This document shows, piece after piece, positions 21,522-32,628 of a DNA stretch of 64,000 bases (the first letter of the stretch is position 1; every line of letters starts with the position of its first letter). The notes beneath the pieces are model-generated. The model saw only the letters and a program-made list of their open reading frames with translations, made no database searches and was not told the origin of the DNA. The DNA is from Gammaproteobacteria bacterium (lineage in GTDB: Bacteria; Pseudomonadota; Gammaproteobacteria; GCA-001735895). Made by a program: the position numbers and the translations under genes. The stretch lies in NCBI GenBank assembly GCA_029862125.1, contig JAOTXY010000009.1, positions 2,597-66,596 on the forward strand, in the 5' to 3' direction.

Positions 21522-21671
21522 GCTTAAAGTATCTATTTTCAGGGTTTCTGAATCGAGCGCGCATTTTACCCGAGCCGGTCAAGAAATATCACTTAGTTTT
21601 TATGTGAATGTTCTATACAGCGCCTGGTACAGCACCTAAAATACGTCGCTTTAACCAGGCCAGTCGATTCG

Positions 21672-23705
21672 ATGAGTTCCAAATCCCGCCAGATCGTGGT
21701 GACCAGCGCGCTGCCTTATGCCAATGGTCCGATCCATATCGGCCACATGCTCGAGTACGTGCAGACCGACATCTGGGCACGTTTTCAGAGGTTGCGCGGT
21801 CACGAATGCATCTACGTGTGCGCAGATGATGCCCATGGCACGCCAATCATGCTGCGCGCGCAGGCAGAAGGGATTACCCCGGAAGCATTAATTGAACGCA
21901 TGCACAAGGAACACCTGCAGGACTTTACCGATTTTGGCGTCGCTTTCGATAATTACTACAGTACCCATTCCGACGAGAATCGCTTTTTCGCCGAGTACAT
22001 CTATACCCGGCTGAAACAAGCCGGGCATATCCGAACGCGCGTCATCTCACAGGCTTATGACCCGACAGCGGAAATGTTCCTGCCGGATCGATTTATCAAG
22101 GGTGAGTGCCCTAACTGCGGTGCCGGCGATCAGTATGGTGACAATTGTGAAAACTGCGGCGCTACCTATGATCCCACCGAGCTCAAAAATCCAGTATCGG
22201 TGGTCAGCGGGGAAACCCCGATCGAAAAGGATTCGGAACAGTATTTCTTCAAACTGGAAGACTTTGAAGACATGCTCAAAGCCTGGTTCGCCGCCGGGCA
22301 CGTGCAAACCGAAATCGCCAACAAGATGAACGAATGGCTCGATGAAGGTCTCAAGGACTGGGACATTTCGCGCAACGCGCCCTACTGGGGTTTCGAAATC
22401 CCGGACGCGCCGGGTAAATATTTTTACGTCTGGCTGGACGCACCGATTGGTTACATGGCCAGTTTCAAACACTGGTGCAAGGCGACCGGGCATGACTTCG
22501 ATGAATACTGGAATGCCGATAGCAAGCACGAGCTTTACCATTTCATTGGCAAAGATATCGCTCGCTTCCATACCATGTTCTGGCCAGCGATGCTGCATGG
22601 CGCCGGTTTCCGCAAGCCGACTGCGGTTTATTGCCATGGATTCCTGACCGTGGATGGACAAAAAATGTCAAAGTCGCGCGGCACCTTTATCATGGCTCGC
22701 ACTTATCTTGAACATTTGAATCCCGAATACCTGCGCTATTACTTTGCCGCCAAGCTCGGTCCCGGGATCGACGACATCGACCTGAATCTCGAGGATTTCA
22801 CAACCCGCGTCAATTCTGACCTGGTAGGCAAACTGGTGAACATTGCCAGTCGTTGCGCCGGATTTATTAACAAAAGCTTTGATGGCAAGCTTGCCGCCAA
22901 ACTCTCCAGCGAAGATTTGAGCCAAAAAATTCTCGCAGCCGCAGAACCGATTGCCGATTATTATGAGAACCGCGAATTCGGTAAGGCCATGCGCGACATC
23001 ATGGCACTGGCGGATAAAGTCAACCAGTACATAGACGAAAAACAGCCCTGGGTAGCCATCAAGGACCCGGCGCGTGCGTCCGAGGTACAGGATGTCTGCA
23101 GCATCGGGTTGAATTGCTTTCGTCAGTTGATCATTTTGCTGAAACCCGTTTTGCCGAAGCTGGCGGCGCAGTCAGAGGAATTCCTCATTGCCGGAAATCT
23201 CGGCTGGTCCGACCTTGGCGACAACCTGCTGGATCACGGTATTAATCGATTCAAACCCCTGATGACCCGAATCGAGCCGATATTTATCGAACGCATGATT
23301 GAGGCGACAAAAGAAGACCTCGCCACGGAGCAGAAAATGCAGCAAACCTCGAGCGACCCATCGATCGAAGCCATCGCAACCGAGATCGGTTATGACGACT
23401 TCGCCAAACTGGATTTCCGTATTGCAAAAATCGTCGCCGCCAAACGCGTCGAAAAATCCGACAAGCTGCTGCAGCTCACCCTCGATATCGGTAGCGAGAC
23501 CCGCAACGTGTTTGCCGGAATCAGCAACGCCTACCAACCCGAGGACCTGGAAGGCAAGCTCACGGTGATGGTTGCCAACCTGGCCCCGCGCAAGATGCGC
23601 TTTGGTATTTCCGAAGGCATGGTGCTGGCAGCCGGTTCCGGTGAAACCGAACTCTACATCCTGAGCCCGGACTCGGGCGCTAAACCGGGAATGCGAGTCA
23701 GCTAG
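21672..23705 (+). CDS. metG: methionine--tRNA ligase
   Basis: 677 aa. HIGH motif ([12 protein letters not shown]), KMSKS, zinc knuckle CPNCG...CENCG, C-terminal tRNA-binding (EMAP/Trbp111-like) domain. Confidence 0.95.
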   Translation: MSSKSRQIVVTSALPYANGPIHIGHMLEYVQTDIWARFQRLRGHECIYVCADDAHGTPIMLRAQAEGITPEALIERMHKEHLQDFTDFGVAFDNYYSTHSDENRFFAEYIYTRLKQAGHIRTRVISQAYDPTAEMFLPDRFIKGECPNCGAGDQYGDNCENCGATYDPTELKNPVSVVSGETPIEKDSEQYFFKLEDFEDMLKAWFAAGHVQTEIANKMNEWLDEGLKDWDISRNAPYWGFEIPDAPGKYFYVWLDAPIGYMASFKHWCKATGHDFDEYWNADSKHELYHFIGKDIARFHTMFWPAMLHGAGFRKPTAVYCHGFLTVDGQKMSKSRGTFIMARTYLEHLNPEYLRYYFAAKLGPGIDDIDLNLEDFTTRVNSDLVGKLVNIASRCAGFINKSFDGKLAAKLSSEDLSQKILAAAEPIADYYENREFGKAMRDIMALADKVNQYIDEKQPWVAIKDPARASEVQDVCSIGLNCFRQLIILLKPVLPKLAAQSEEFLIAGNLGWSDLGDNLLDHGINRFKPLMTRIEPIFIERMIEATKEDLATEQKMQQTSSDPSIEAIATEIGYDDFAKLDFRIAKIVAAKRVEKSDKLLQLTLDIGSETRNVFAGISNAYQPEDLEGKLTVMVANLAPRKMRFGISEGMVLAAGSGETELYILSPDSGAKPGMRVS

Positions 23706-24968
23706 TTGTTTTCACGTCTGATTGCAGCCAGCCTCTTGCTCGCGGGCATCGCCGCATCGCCTACGCATGCGATCGACTCCAAGCAAATCTACCAGCTCAA
23801 CCAGGAGCGCGTATTCCAGGTCCGCGTGCTCAATCGTGAAACCGGCAAGAAATCCAGTATCGGATCGGGTTTTATCGTCGGTGACGGTAGCCAGGTCGCG
23901 ACCAACTACCACGTTGTCGGCCAGGTCATCCTCGAACCCGAGCTGTTTTACATTTCTTACGTCGGCAAGGACGGACAGGAAGGCGAGTTAGAGTTGCTGG
24001 GTCTCGACGTTGCCCGTGACCTTGCCCTGCTCGGTGCCGACAAGCCCATTGGCGAAGCGATCAAGATGAGTCCGCTGCCGCCACGCGGAGCACCGATTTA
24101 CGCGATGGGGAATCCACTGGACCTGGGACTGACTATCGCGGTTGGCACCAATGGCGGAATTTTAAACCAGACCGATGATAGTCGTATCCTGTTCTCGGGG
24201 AGTCTGAACCCGGGCATGAGCGGCGGTCCCACCTTCAACGACCAGGGTGAAGTCATCGGCATCAACGTCGCCACCGCGCGTAATGACATCAGTTTTATTG
24301 TACCGTCAAAATTTTTAAATGACTTGATCGAGCAGTCGAATACCGATGCATTCAGCAGCGACCAAGATCTCAAGCTCGAAGTCGCGCGGCAGGTGCTGGC
24401 TTACGAAAACAGCTACATTGAGCAATTGCTGGAGAACGACTGGCCGAAACTCGACCTGCGCCAGTTCAATTTACCCGGCATCATCTCGCCAACCGTGCGT
24501 TGCTGGGACAATAGCGCCAAGCTCAGCACCATTGTGCGCTACAAACGTTACCAGATTCGTTGCGCCAACAAGAACCACGTCTATCTGGATGTAGACAACA
24601 AGTTCGTTGGCGAATTGACCTACGAGTATTTCTGGCTCGAATCGGAAGATCTCAACGCGATCCAGTTTTATAACCTCTATGAAAATCTGAACAAGGATCA
24701 AATCGACTCAAAAATCGATCGCGACATCGTCAGCAATTTCAATTGCCGCACCTGGTTTGTCGAGGTCTCCGCGCAGGAACTTAAAGGTAATCTATGTCGA
24801 CGAGAGTACGTCGAATACAAGGGCATGAGCGATGTTCTTTTTACAGCGGCCCTCACGGGCCATAAAAACCAGGGATTTTTCATTACACTGATTATGACGG
24901 GCGTTGATTACTCGTCAACCCTGCCGCTGATTCAAAAATTCCTGGAGCAATCCGAATGGAAGCCCTGA
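23706..24968 (+). CDS. secreted trypsin-like serine peptidase (S1 family)
   Basis: 420 aa. Signal peptide LIAASLLLAGIAASPTHA, catalytic His region GSGFIVGDGSQVATNYHVV, Ser region GMSGGPTFNDQGEVIGIN. TTG start immediately after, and in frame with, the metG stop codon. Confidence 0.7.
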   Translation: MFSRLIAASLLLAGIAASPTHAIDSKQIYQLNQERVFQVRVLNRETGKKSSIGSGFIVGDGSQVATNYHVVGQVILEPELFYISYVGKDGQEGELELLGLDVARDLALLGADKPIGEAIKMSPLPPRGAPIYAMGNPLDLGLTIAVGTNGGILNQTDDSRILFSGSLNPGMSGGPTFNDQGEVIGINVATARNDISFIVPSKFLNDLIEQSNTDAFSSDQDLKLEVARQVLAYENSYIEQLLENDWPKLDLRQFNLPGIISPTVRCWDNSAKLSTIVRYKRYQIRCANKNHVYLDVDNKFVGELTYEYFWLESEDLNAIQFYNLYENLNKDQIDSKIDRDIVSNFNCRTWFVEVSAQELKGNLCRREYVEYKGMSDVLFTAALTGHKNQGFFITLIMTGVDYSSTLPLIQKFLEQSEWKP

Positions 24969-25912
24969 TACTCGAAATCAACACCCGGGGATTGCATCGA
25001 TATGAACAAATCGATGCCGAGGTAACCACGATCGGGCGTGCCCTGGATAACGATATCATTCTTTCTGATCCAACCGTTGCACCACATCACCTTAAGATAA
25101 TACGCTACGGTGAGAATTCGCTTGAACTGGTCAACCTGGCCGAGGTAAACCCGACTCGCATCGACAACAGGCGGGTGGATTCACTGGTCACTGAGAAGTT
25201 ACCGTTAAACCTCGAAATCGGTCGTATCCAGGCGCAACTGTTACCGCGCAATTATGCAGTTTCCGCGACCCGTTCCCTGGCCGGCAAGGGTAAAAGCAGC
25301 CACCTGTTCGGGCATGCTTACTGGACGGTCATACTTGTCCTGATTTGCCTGTTTGTTGGCGGTCTCGAATTTTTTCTCAACTCCTACACCAGTTTCAAAT
25401 GGAGCGAATTATTCAAGCACGTGTTACGAGAAAGCGTATTGACGATTGGTGTTTTCGTGCTCGCGTTATCGATACTCGAACGCCTGCTGGTCAATCGATG
25501 GGAAATCAGGCAACTGGTTACCTCGGTATGCCTGGTTTACCTGCTTTATTACTTCGCATCGATTTTTACCTACGAACTGAGCTACCTGTTCACTGCGAAC
25601 TGGCCGGCGACGCTGTTTCGCTTTGGCTGGCACCTGCTGATCATCCCGGGTGCGGTCGTACTCTACCTGGTCCATATATCGCATTTAAAACGAAACCGCA
25701 GCATTTTACTGGCCATCCTGATTGCAAGTCCCATCGCGGTACCCTCGATCCTGCAAAGCCCGGAGTTGAGGGCCATGCTGGACGATTTCAGTTCATCTGC
25801 GAGATACCAGAACAGCCTCAGTTCGCTAAACTGGCATCTGAAAAAAACAGTAACCATTGAAAGCTTCATCGAGCAGGCCGAAGATCTTGAAGCCGGCGAG
25901 TTCGCCGACTGA
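24956..25912 (+). CDS. FHA-domain protein with C-terminal multi-pass membrane region
   Basis: N-terminal FHA signature (TIGRALDNDIILSDPTVAPHHLKI) followed by about 6 hydrophobic helices. Overlaps the protease gene by 13 bp. Confidence 0.65.
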   Translation: MEALILEINTRGLHRYEQIDAEVTTIGRALDNDIILSDPTVAPHHLKIIRYGENSLELVNLAEVNPTRIDNRRVDSLVTEKLPLNLEIGRIQAQLLPRNYAVSATRSLAGKGKSSHLFGHAYWTVILVLICLFVGGLEFFLNSYTSFKWSELFKHVLRESVLTIGVFVLALSILERLLVNRWEIRQLVTSVCLVYLLYYFASIFTYELSYLFTANWPATLFRFGWHLLIIPGAVVLYLVHISHLKRNRSILLAILIASPIAVPSILQSPELRAMLDDFSSSARYQNSLSSLNWHLKKTVTIESFIEQAEDLEAGEFAD

Positions 25913-25989
25913 GCAAGCATTAGTCAATTTAATAAAGACCTCGGGTAATATCGGTATTTTTCACAAGTTCCAGGCCTTATAATTCGACG

Positions 25990-26571
25990 ATGTCAGAATA
26001 CCTGTTACTTTTAATTGGCACGGTGTTTGTCAACAACATCGTGCTGGTCAAATTCCTCGGGCTTTGTCCGTTTATGGGTGTCTCACGCAAAGTCGAGACC
26101 GCCATCGGTATGAGCGCGGCAACAACTTTCGTACTGACCCTGTCGGCAATACTGAGTTACCTGATCAATAACTGGATCCTGTCACCGCTGGATCTCGAGT
26201 ACCTGCGCACTATCGCCTTCATTATCGCAATTGCCGCCGTCGTCAATTTCACCGAAATGGTGGTGCACAAAACCAGCCCGCTGCTTTACAACGTGCTTGG
26301 TATTTTTTTACCGCTGATAACCACCAACTGCGCGGTGCTGGGCGTGGCGCTGATTAATGTCCAGGAGCAAAACAGTTTTCTCGAATCAGTAGTCTATGGT
26401 TTCGGAGCCGCGCTCGGCTTCTCATTGGTATTAATCCTGTTCGCAGCCATGCGTGAGCGCATCAATGTCGCCGATGTGCCAGCCCCGTTCAGGGGCTCAG
26501 CGATCGGCCTTGTTACCGCGGGACTGATGTCGCTGGCCTTCATGGGGCTCGGCGGCCTGGTCAAGGTCTAA
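25990..26571 (+). CDS. rnfA: electron transport complex subunit RnfA/RsxA
   Basis: 193 aa polytopic. [32 protein letters not shown] is the conserved RnfA N-terminus. Confidence 0.9.
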   Translation: MSEYLLLLIGTVFVNNIVLVKFLGLCPFMGVSRKVETAIGMSAATTFVLTLSAILSYLINNWILSPLDLEYLRTIAFIIAIAAVVNFTEMVVHKTSPLLYNVLGIFLPLITTNCAVLGVALINVQEQNSFLESVVYGFGAALGFSLVLILFAAMRERINVADVPAPFRGSAIGLVTAGLMSLAFMGLGGLVKV

Positions 26572-26574
26572 ACC

Positions 26575-27135
26575 GTGTTTGTCGCAATTTTAACCATCAG
26601 CCTGATGGCTGGAGTATTTGGCCTGGTACTCGGCTACGCGGCGATACGTTTCAAGGTTGAAGGCAATCCGATCGTCGATCAAATCGACGCACTGCTGCCG
26701 CAGACTCAATGCGGACAATGCACCTACGCGGGTTGCCGACCCTATGCCGAGGCCATCGCAAACGGAGAAGCACCCATCAATCAATGCCCCCCGGGTGGAC
26801 AGGCGACAATCGTTGCACTTTCCAACCTGCTCGATACCGAGGTGCTCGACCTCAACGCAGAGCTTGGTGAGCATCTTGAAATTCCTCTGCTGGCGGTGAT
26901 TGACGAGCAAATATGTATTGGTTGCACGCTCTGCATCCAGGCCTGCCCGGTCGACGCCATCCTCGGCGCAGCCAAGCAAATGCACACGGTGATTGCCGAC
27001 GAGTGCACGGGCTGCAAACTCTGCCTGCCCCCCTGTCCGGTCGATTGCATCGACATGGTTCCCACCGAGCAATCCATCGACGACTGGAAATGGCCGGCAC
27101 CGTTAGACCCGCTGGAACTAGTACAGGATGCTTAA
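26575..27135 (+). CDS. rnfB: electron transport complex subunit RnfB/RsxB (Fe-S)
   Basis: [30 protein letters not shown] plus two 4Fe-4S ferredoxin CxxCxxCxxxCP motifs. Confidence 0.9.
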   Translation: MFVAILTISLMAGVFGLVLGYAAIRFKVEGNPIVDQIDALLPQTQCGQCTYAGCRPYAEAIANGEAPINQCPPGGQATIVALSNLLDTEVLDLNAELGEHLEIPLLAVIDEQICIGCTLCIQACPVDAILGAAKQMHTVIADECTGCKLCLPPCPVDCIDMVPTEQSIDDWKWPAPLDPLELVQDA

Positions 27136-28675
27136 GCTACATCATTTTCACGGTGGCCTGCGGCTCGACGGACATAAAGCCAAGTCGCTGCAACGAGGAT
27201 TACTACAGGCAACTTTACCCGAACGCCTGTTCCTGCCGTTAAGGCAACACATCGGTGATCACAATAAGCCCCGGGTCGAGATCGGTGAGCGGGTGCTGAA
27301 GGGCCAGGTAATCGCCTCGGATTCCGCGTTGATTTGCGCCGCAGTACACGCGCCGACCTCGGGTACCATCAGAGCAATAGAAAACTACCCGGTGGCACAC
27401 CCGTCGGGGAAAATCGATACCTGTATCGTCATCGACGTCGATGGCGATGACCAGGGCGTCGAGCCAAACCCGGCAGACCTCGAGAGCCTGGCGCCCATTG
27501 AATTGATCGAGCTGATTTGTCGCGCCGGCATCGTCGGACTCGGCGGTGCGGTTTTTCCGACCTCGCCAAAGTTGTCGCGCGGCAAGGTGCAGGGTATAGA
27601 CACCTTGATCATCAACGGGGTCGAGTGCGAACCCTATATTACCTGCGACGATATCCTGATGCGCTTCAACGCGGCCGAAGTGATTCGTGGCAGCGGCTAC
27701 CTGCAGCGAATCCTGGCACCACGAACCACGTATATCGCAATTGAAGATAACAAGCCGGAAGCTATCGCGGCCATGGCGAAGGCGCTGGCCGAGCATCCTC
27801 TGCCAGACACTGAAATTATTCCGATTCCGACGATTTATCCCTCCGGCGGTGAAAAACAACTGGTCCAGATTCTGACCGGGAAAGAGGTGCCACATGGTCA
27901 GCTGGCGTTTGATATTGGTATTTTCTGCCAAAATGTCGGTACTTGCGCTGCCATCACGCGTGCACTCGAAATGGACGAACCCCTGATCTCCCGCGTGGTC
28001 ACAATTACCGGCGACAATATTGCGCACCCCGGGAACTGGGAGGCTCGACTGGGCACACCGATCAACCACCTGATTGAACTCGCCGGAGGTTATCAGCATG
28101 AAGCCAGTGGGCACCTGGTCATGGGTGGATCGATGATGGGATTTGCGCTTTCCGGTAGCGATGTTCCGATTGTTAAGGCAAGTAACTGCATCATGGTGAT
28201 GCGCGAGGAAACCATTCCGAAATCACCGGGCTACCACGATGAATGTATCCGTTGCAGCAAGTGTGCCGAGGTATGCCCGGCACAATTGTTACCCCAGCAA
28301 CTCTATTGGCATGCGCGTGCCAAAGCCTACGAGCGCACCCGGGAATTTCACCTGTTTGACTGTATTGAATGCGGTTGCTGTTCTACGGTTTGCCCGAGCA
28401 GAATTCCGCTGGTGCAATACTATCGTGCCGCCAAAAGTGAAATTCGCGCGACGCGAAAGGCACAATTCAAGTCCGATCGCGCACGCCTTAGATTCGAGTT
28501 TCGTGAAAAGCGACTGCTGTTGAAAAAACAGCAAGATGAAGAGCGGCGACGGCTGAAACGCGAGGCCCTGCAAAAGAAAAAAGCCGGGGCCGGCAATGGA
28601 AAACCCCAGGCAGACCCGGTCCAGGCCGCACTGGACAGGGTCAAGGCGCGCAAGAAACTGGCGCAGGAAGACTAG
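27128..28675 (+). CDS. rnfC: electron transport complex subunit RnfC/RsxC
   Basis: 515 aa. NADH-binding GGAVFPT, ferredoxin cysteines [12 protein letters not shown] / [12 protein letters not shown], basic repeat tail. Confidence 0.9.
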   Translation: MLKLHHFHGGLRLDGHKAKSLQRGLLQATLPERLFLPLRQHIGDHNKPRVEIGERVLKGQVIASDSALICAAVHAPTSGTIRAIENYPVAHPSGKIDTCIVIDVDGDDQGVEPNPADLESLAPIELIELICRAGIVGLGGAVFPTSPKLSRGKVQGIDTLIINGVECEPYITCDDILMRFNAAEVIRGSGYLQRILAPRTTYIAIEDNKPEAIAAMAKALAEHPLPDTEIIPIPTIYPSGGEKQLVQILTGKEVPHGQLAFDIGIFCQNVGTCAAITRALEMDEPLISRVVTITGDNIAHPGNWEARLGTPINHLIELAGGYQHEASGHLVMGGSMMGFALSGSDVPIVKASNCIMVMREETIPKSPGYHDECIRCSKCAEVCPAQLLPQQLYWHARAKAYERTREFHLFDCIECGCCSTVCPSRIPLVQYYRAAKSEIRATRKAQFKSDRARLRFEFREKRLLLKKQQDEERRRLKREALQKKKAGAGNGKPQADPVQAALDRVKARKKLAQED

Positions 28676-28677
28676 TT

Positions 28678-29700
28678 TTGGCCAACGTCATCGTCTCGTC
28701 GCCCTACGTTGCCCAGGGCAGTACGCTCAAACGCCTGATGATCCAGGTCATCGTTGCCCTGCTGCCCGGCACGATCGCATATGCCTGGTATTTCGGGCCC
28801 GGTGTCATCATTAATATTTGCCTCGCGGTGCTGTTAGCACTGGCGTTCGAGGCAGGCATCCTGAAATTACGCGCCAAACCGGTAATGCCACACCTGACCG
28901 ATTTCAGCGCGGTAGTGGCGGCCTGGTTGTTCGCGTTGTGTCTGCCGATGCACACTCCCTGGTGGCTGGTACTGGTCGGTATCGGTTTCACCATGGTAGC
29001 CGGAAAACATCTGTACGGTGGACTCGGGTTCAACCCTTTCAACCCTGCCATGGTGGGTTACGTGGTCCTGTTAATTTCGTTTCCACGGGAAATGACAACC
29101 TGGTATTTACCGAGCTCGGTGAGCGGTGAAACCCTGAGTCTAAAGGAGGCACTGGCTTACACTTTCGGCGGTGCCGATATTCAGCAGTGGGATGCGCTGA
29201 GTTCGGCAACCCCGCTGGACCAGGTCAAAACCGCTGTTGCACAGGGCATCACCGTCGGCGAGATTCGACTGTCACCGGTATTCGGGGAATATGGCGGCAA
29301 GGGCTGGGAGTGGATAGCCTTCTGGTGGTTCATCGGTGGGCTGTGGCTGCTGGCGTCGCGGACAATCCGATGGCATATTCCGGTTGCATTGCTAAGTGCC
29401 GTACTCGTAATGTCCCTGCTGTTCTACCTGGTCAACCCTGAAACCTACAATTCACCCCTGTTTCACCTGCTCTCGGGCGCAGTCATAATCGGCGCCTTTT
29501 TCATAGCTACCGACCCGGTTACCGCCGCCACCACCGATAGCGGGCGGATTTACTATGGCCTGCTGATCGGCTGTCTGATTTATATCATCCGTGTCTGGGG
29601 TGGTTATCCCGACGGCGTCGCATTCGCCGTGTTGCTAGCGAACATGTGTGTACCACTGATCGACTATTACACGCAGCCACGGGTATATGGCGAAAAATGA
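28678..29700 (+). CDS. rnfD: electron transport complex subunit RnfD/RsxD
   Basis: 340 aa polytopic with the conserved flavin-attachment region. Alternative (TTG) start. Confidence 0.9.
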   Translation: MANVIVSSPYVAQGSTLKRLMIQVIVALLPGTIAYAWYFGPGVIINICLAVLLALAFEAGILKLRAKPVMPHLTDFSAVVAAWLFALCLPMHTPWWLVLVGIGFTMVAGKHLYGGLGFNPFNPAMVGYVVLLISFPREMTTWYLPSSVSGETLSLKEALAYTFGGADIQQWDALSSATPLDQVKTAVAQGITVGEIRLSPVFGEYGGKGWEWIAFWWFIGGLWLLASRTIRWHIPVALLSAVLVMSLLFYLVNPETYNSPLFHLLSGAVIIGAFFIATDPVTAATTDSGRIYYGLLIGCLIYIIRVWGGYPDGVAFAVLLANMCVPLIDYYTQPRVYGEK

Positions 29701-30320
29701 TTACGATCAGCCGGCGGCAGATTCTTATTTCGGGGATATTTCTATGGCTATTCGCAGTCGCCGGCACAACCCTGGTCGCGTTTACGGAGTATAGCTCCCG
29801 GGAAGCAATTATCGAAAACGAGCGCCAGGTATTGTTGCGTAACCTTTATGCGCTGCTACCCAGGGATAAGCTCGATAACGATATTGCGGAGGATATACTG
29901 GAACTGCCTGCCTCTCCCCTGCTTGGCACTGATGCGGCTTCGATCGTCTACCGCGCGCGCCTTGACGGAGATCCTGCCGCGGCAATATTCAATAGCATCG
30001 CGCCCAATGGTTACAACGGCAAGATACATTTACTGGTCGGGGTCTACAGCAACGGCAAGCTGGCAGGGGTACGCGTGGTCAAACATGCTGAAACCCCGGG
30101 ACTGGGTGACGCCGTCGAGATCAGGAAGTCACCATGGATCAAAAGTTTCGACGGTAAATCGCTCACTAATCCAGACCCTTCCGGCTGGCGCGTAAAACGC
30201 GACGGCGGTGAGTTCGACCAGTTTACCGGTGCGACTATCACACCGCGGGCGGTGGTTACGGCAGTGCGCAACACGCTGCTGTACTATCAACAAAACGCTG
30301 ATATGATTTTTAAACAATGA
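29697..30320 (+). CDS. rnfG: electron transport complex subunit RnfG/RsxG
   Basis: ATG at 29697 overlaps the rnfD stop (ATGA). Single N-terminal TM helix and FMN-binding domain pattern ([31 protein letters not shown]). Confidence 0.85.
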   Translation: MITISRRQILISGIFLWLFAVAGTTLVAFTEYSSREAIIENERQVLLRNLYALLPRDKLDNDIAEDILELPASPLLGTDAASIVYRARLDGDPAAAIFNSIAPNGYNGKIHLLVGVYSNGKLAGVRVVKHAETPGLGDAVEIRKSPWIKSFDGKSLTNPDPSGWRVKRDGGEFDQFTGATITPRAVVTAVRNTLLYYQQNADMIFKQ

Positions 30321-30991
30321 CGACTTCACGCGAAATTACCCGTGACGGGCTTTGGGGCAACAATGTTGCACTGGTGCAGTTGCTCGGACTTTGTCCGTTG
30401 CTCGCGGTAACCAGTACGGTTGTCAACGGCATAGGTCTCGGCATTGCCACGCTGATCACGCTGGTACTTTCAAACACGATCGTTTCATTGATCCGCGGTT
30501 TCGTGCGCAAGGAAGTCAGGCTACCGGTATTTGTGCTGATCATCGCGTCCGTAGTGACGATAATAGAACTGTCGATGCAAGCCCTGTTTTATGACCTTTA
30601 CCTGGTGCTCGGCATTTTCATTCCGCTTATTGTCACCAATTGTGCAATTATCGGTCGCGCCGAGGGTTTCGCGTCCCGCAACCCGGTCGGACCTGCCGCG
30701 CTCGATGGACTGATGATGGGACTGGGGTTCCTGGTAGTGCTGGCATTGCTTGGGGCGTTGCGCGAAGTTATCGGCTTCGGCACGCTGTTCGCCAACGCTG
30801 AACTGATGTTCGGTGACGGTGCCCAGACGCTGCAAATCCAGTTCAACGAGGACTACCCTGGATTCCTGCTCGCGATTTTACCGCCAGGCGCTTTCTTCGG
30901 CCTGGCGGCCCTGATTGTCGTCAAGAACTGGCTGGATCTGCGGCCACGGGAAAAACAGGAGATTATAGAAGCGGCGCCCGAGACGGTATGA
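30317..30991 (+). CDS. rnfE: electron transport complex subunit RnfE/RsxE
   Basis: 224 aa. [20 protein letters not shown] conserved N-terminus, RnfA paralogue. Confidence 0.9.
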   Translation: MTTSREITRDGLWGNNVALVQLLGLCPLLAVTSTVVNGIGLGIATLITLVLSNTIVSLIRGFVRKEVRLPVFVLIIASVVTIIELSMQALFYDLYLVLGIFIPLIVTNCAIIGRAEGFASRNPVGPAALDGLMMGLGFLVVLALLGALREVIGFGTLFANAELMFGDGAQTLQIQFNEDYPGFLLAILPPGAFFGLAALIVVKNWLDLRPREKQEIIEAAPETV

Positions 30992-31623
30992 ACCCGCAAA
31001 AGCGATATGAAATCTTTAGCCGCCTGCGCGAACATATCCAGGCGCCGCGCTCGGAACTTGAATACCGTTCTAATTTCGAACTATTAATTGCAGTGCTGCT
31101 TTCGGCACAGGCAACCGACATCAGCGTCAATAAGGCTACCACGCAACTGTACCCGGTGGCGAATACCCCGGAAAAAATGCTGGCGCTCGGTGAAAACGGT
31201 ATCAAGCAATACATCAAGACCATCGGGTTATTCAATACCAAGGCCAAAAACATCATCGCCACCTGCCGGATCCTGATCGAGCAATATGAATCGCAGGTGC
31301 CTGAAGACCGGGTGGCGTTGGAAAAATTACCCGGGGTTGGGCGTAAAACTGCCAACGTGGTGTTAAACGTCGCTTTTGGTCATCCCACGATCGCGGTCGA
31401 TACGCATATTTTCCGGGTCTCCAATCGCACCGGTATCGCACCCGGCAAAGACGTGCTTGTGGTAGAAAAGAAACTGCTTAAATTTGTACCCGACCAGTTC
31501 AAACTCGACGCCCACCACTGGTTGATCCTGCATGGACGCTATACCTGCATTGCGCGCAAGCCGCGATGCGGCAGCTGCATAATCGAAGACCTATGCGAAT
31601 TCAAGCAAAAGAACATTGAGTAG
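30988..31623 (+). CDS. nth: endonuclease III
   Basis: 211 aa. HhH-GPD motif ([13 protein letters not shown]), 4Fe-4S cluster loop [17 protein letters not shown]. Follows rnfE as in E. coli. Confidence 0.9.
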   Translation: MNPQKRYEIFSRLREHIQAPRSELEYRSNFELLIAVLLSAQATDISVNKATTQLYPVANTPEKMLALGENGIKQYIKTIGLFNTKAKNIIATCRILIEQYESQVPEDRVALEKLPGVGRKTANVVLNVAFGHPTIAVDTHIFRVSNRTGIAPGKDVLVVEKKLLKFVPDQFKLDAHHWLILHGRYTCIARKPRCGSCIIEDLCEFKQKNIE

Positions 31624-31635
31624 GTAAGGTTTAAT

Positions 31636-32052
31636 ATGTTTCAGTCGCGAGATGAAGTGCGCCAGGTTTACTTCGACGTCTGGCAAAAAATGCAGCAGAA
31701 AATGCTGCTTGAGCCGATGGAGGCCTTGATCGCTGACGTTATCGAGGCCCACCCCGACTACCACTCTCTGCTTGAGGCCGATGCTGAGGTCAGGCAACAG
31801 GACTTTACTCCAGACCAGGGTCAGACCAACCCGTTTCTGCACATGGGAATGCATATCGCGTTGCGCGAGCAGGCTGGCACGGATCGACCCCCGGGGATCA
31901 AGGTCGTCTATCAAAAACTGGTTTCGGCTAAAGGCCAACATGAAGCCGAACACACCATGATGGAGTGTCTCGGGCAGGCACTTTGGAACGCCCAACGCAA
32001 TAACCAGGCCCCCGACGAGGCTGGCTACCTCGACTGTTTGCAAAAGCTGTAA
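31636..32052 (+). CDS. DUF1841-like hypothetical protein
   Basis: 138 aa with MFQSRDEVRQVYFDVWQKM... conserved N-terminus, matching the small protein found next to nth in many gammaproteobacteria. Confidence 0.55.
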   Translation: MFQSRDEVRQVYFDVWQKMQQKMLLEPMEALIADVIEAHPDYHSLLEADAEVRQQDFTPDQGQTNPFLHMGMHIALREQAGTDRPPGIKVVYQKLVSAKGQHEAEHTMMECLGQALWNAQRNNQAPDEAGYLDCLQKL

Positions 32053-32115
32053 AACCGAATTTACCTGACGCTGATTCGACTATAAGCTAGCGCCCTGACG
32101 AGCTGGAATAAAGGC

Positions 32116-32619
32116 ATGGCCGATCCATTCAAACTACTGGTGCTACCCGGGGACGGTATCGGACCCGAAGTGGGAAACGACTATCCGCATATCGAACTCG
32201 AACATCTGTACACCGATAACGCGCTTTATCAAATGATGCAGTGTCCAACCGCGTTCGACGTGGTGCTCGCCGATAATATTTTCGGTGACATTGCTTCAGA
32301 CCTGGTCGCGACTTATGCAGGGTCACTTGGCATGCTACCCTCGGCTTCATTGCAGGGACTGAATTCCGGTAAACCGGCAATTTATGAGCCGGTGCACGGC
32401 ACGGCACCCGATATCGCGGGCCAGGGGATTGCCAATCCGATCGGCACTATCCTTAGCGTCGCGATGCTGTTTGAATACAGCATGCAGCGCAAGGACCTGG
32501 CTCAGCGTCTCGAATGCGCCGTGGATAATTGCCTGCAGGCGGGTGTCATCAGTGCAGACCTCGGAGGCCAGGCCGGAACTGGCCAGATCGGTGAAAAAAT
32601 TCTTTCAGCTTTGGACTAG
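32116..32619 (+). pseudogene. 3-isopropylmalate/tartrate dehydrogenase-family (LeuB-like) remnant with a large in-frame internal deletion
   Basis: 167 aa. The LeuB N-terminal motif LLVLPGDGIGPEV is joined directly to the C-terminal third of the fold (HIELEHLYTDNA...FDVVLADNIFGDIASD...GSLGMLPSASL...YEPVHGTAPDIAGQGIANP). About 200 residues of the middle of a normal ~360-aa enzyme are missing. Confidence 0.55.
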
Positions 32620-32628
32620 AGGACGAAA

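Noticed and set aside
22047-22661. 204-aa minus-strand ORF inside metG (and 20934-21527 plus-strand ORF inside apbC)
   Set aside because: Both are antisense to highly conserved housekeeping genes and lack any recognisable features.
25345-25860. 171-aa plus-strand ORF overlapping the FHA-membrane gene in another frame
   Set aside because: Same-strand alternative frame with no start context. The FHA/TM frame carries the recognisable motifs.
27239-28114. 291-aa minus-strand ORF inside rnfC
   Set aside because: Antisense to the conserved rnfC; no motifs; shadow ORF.
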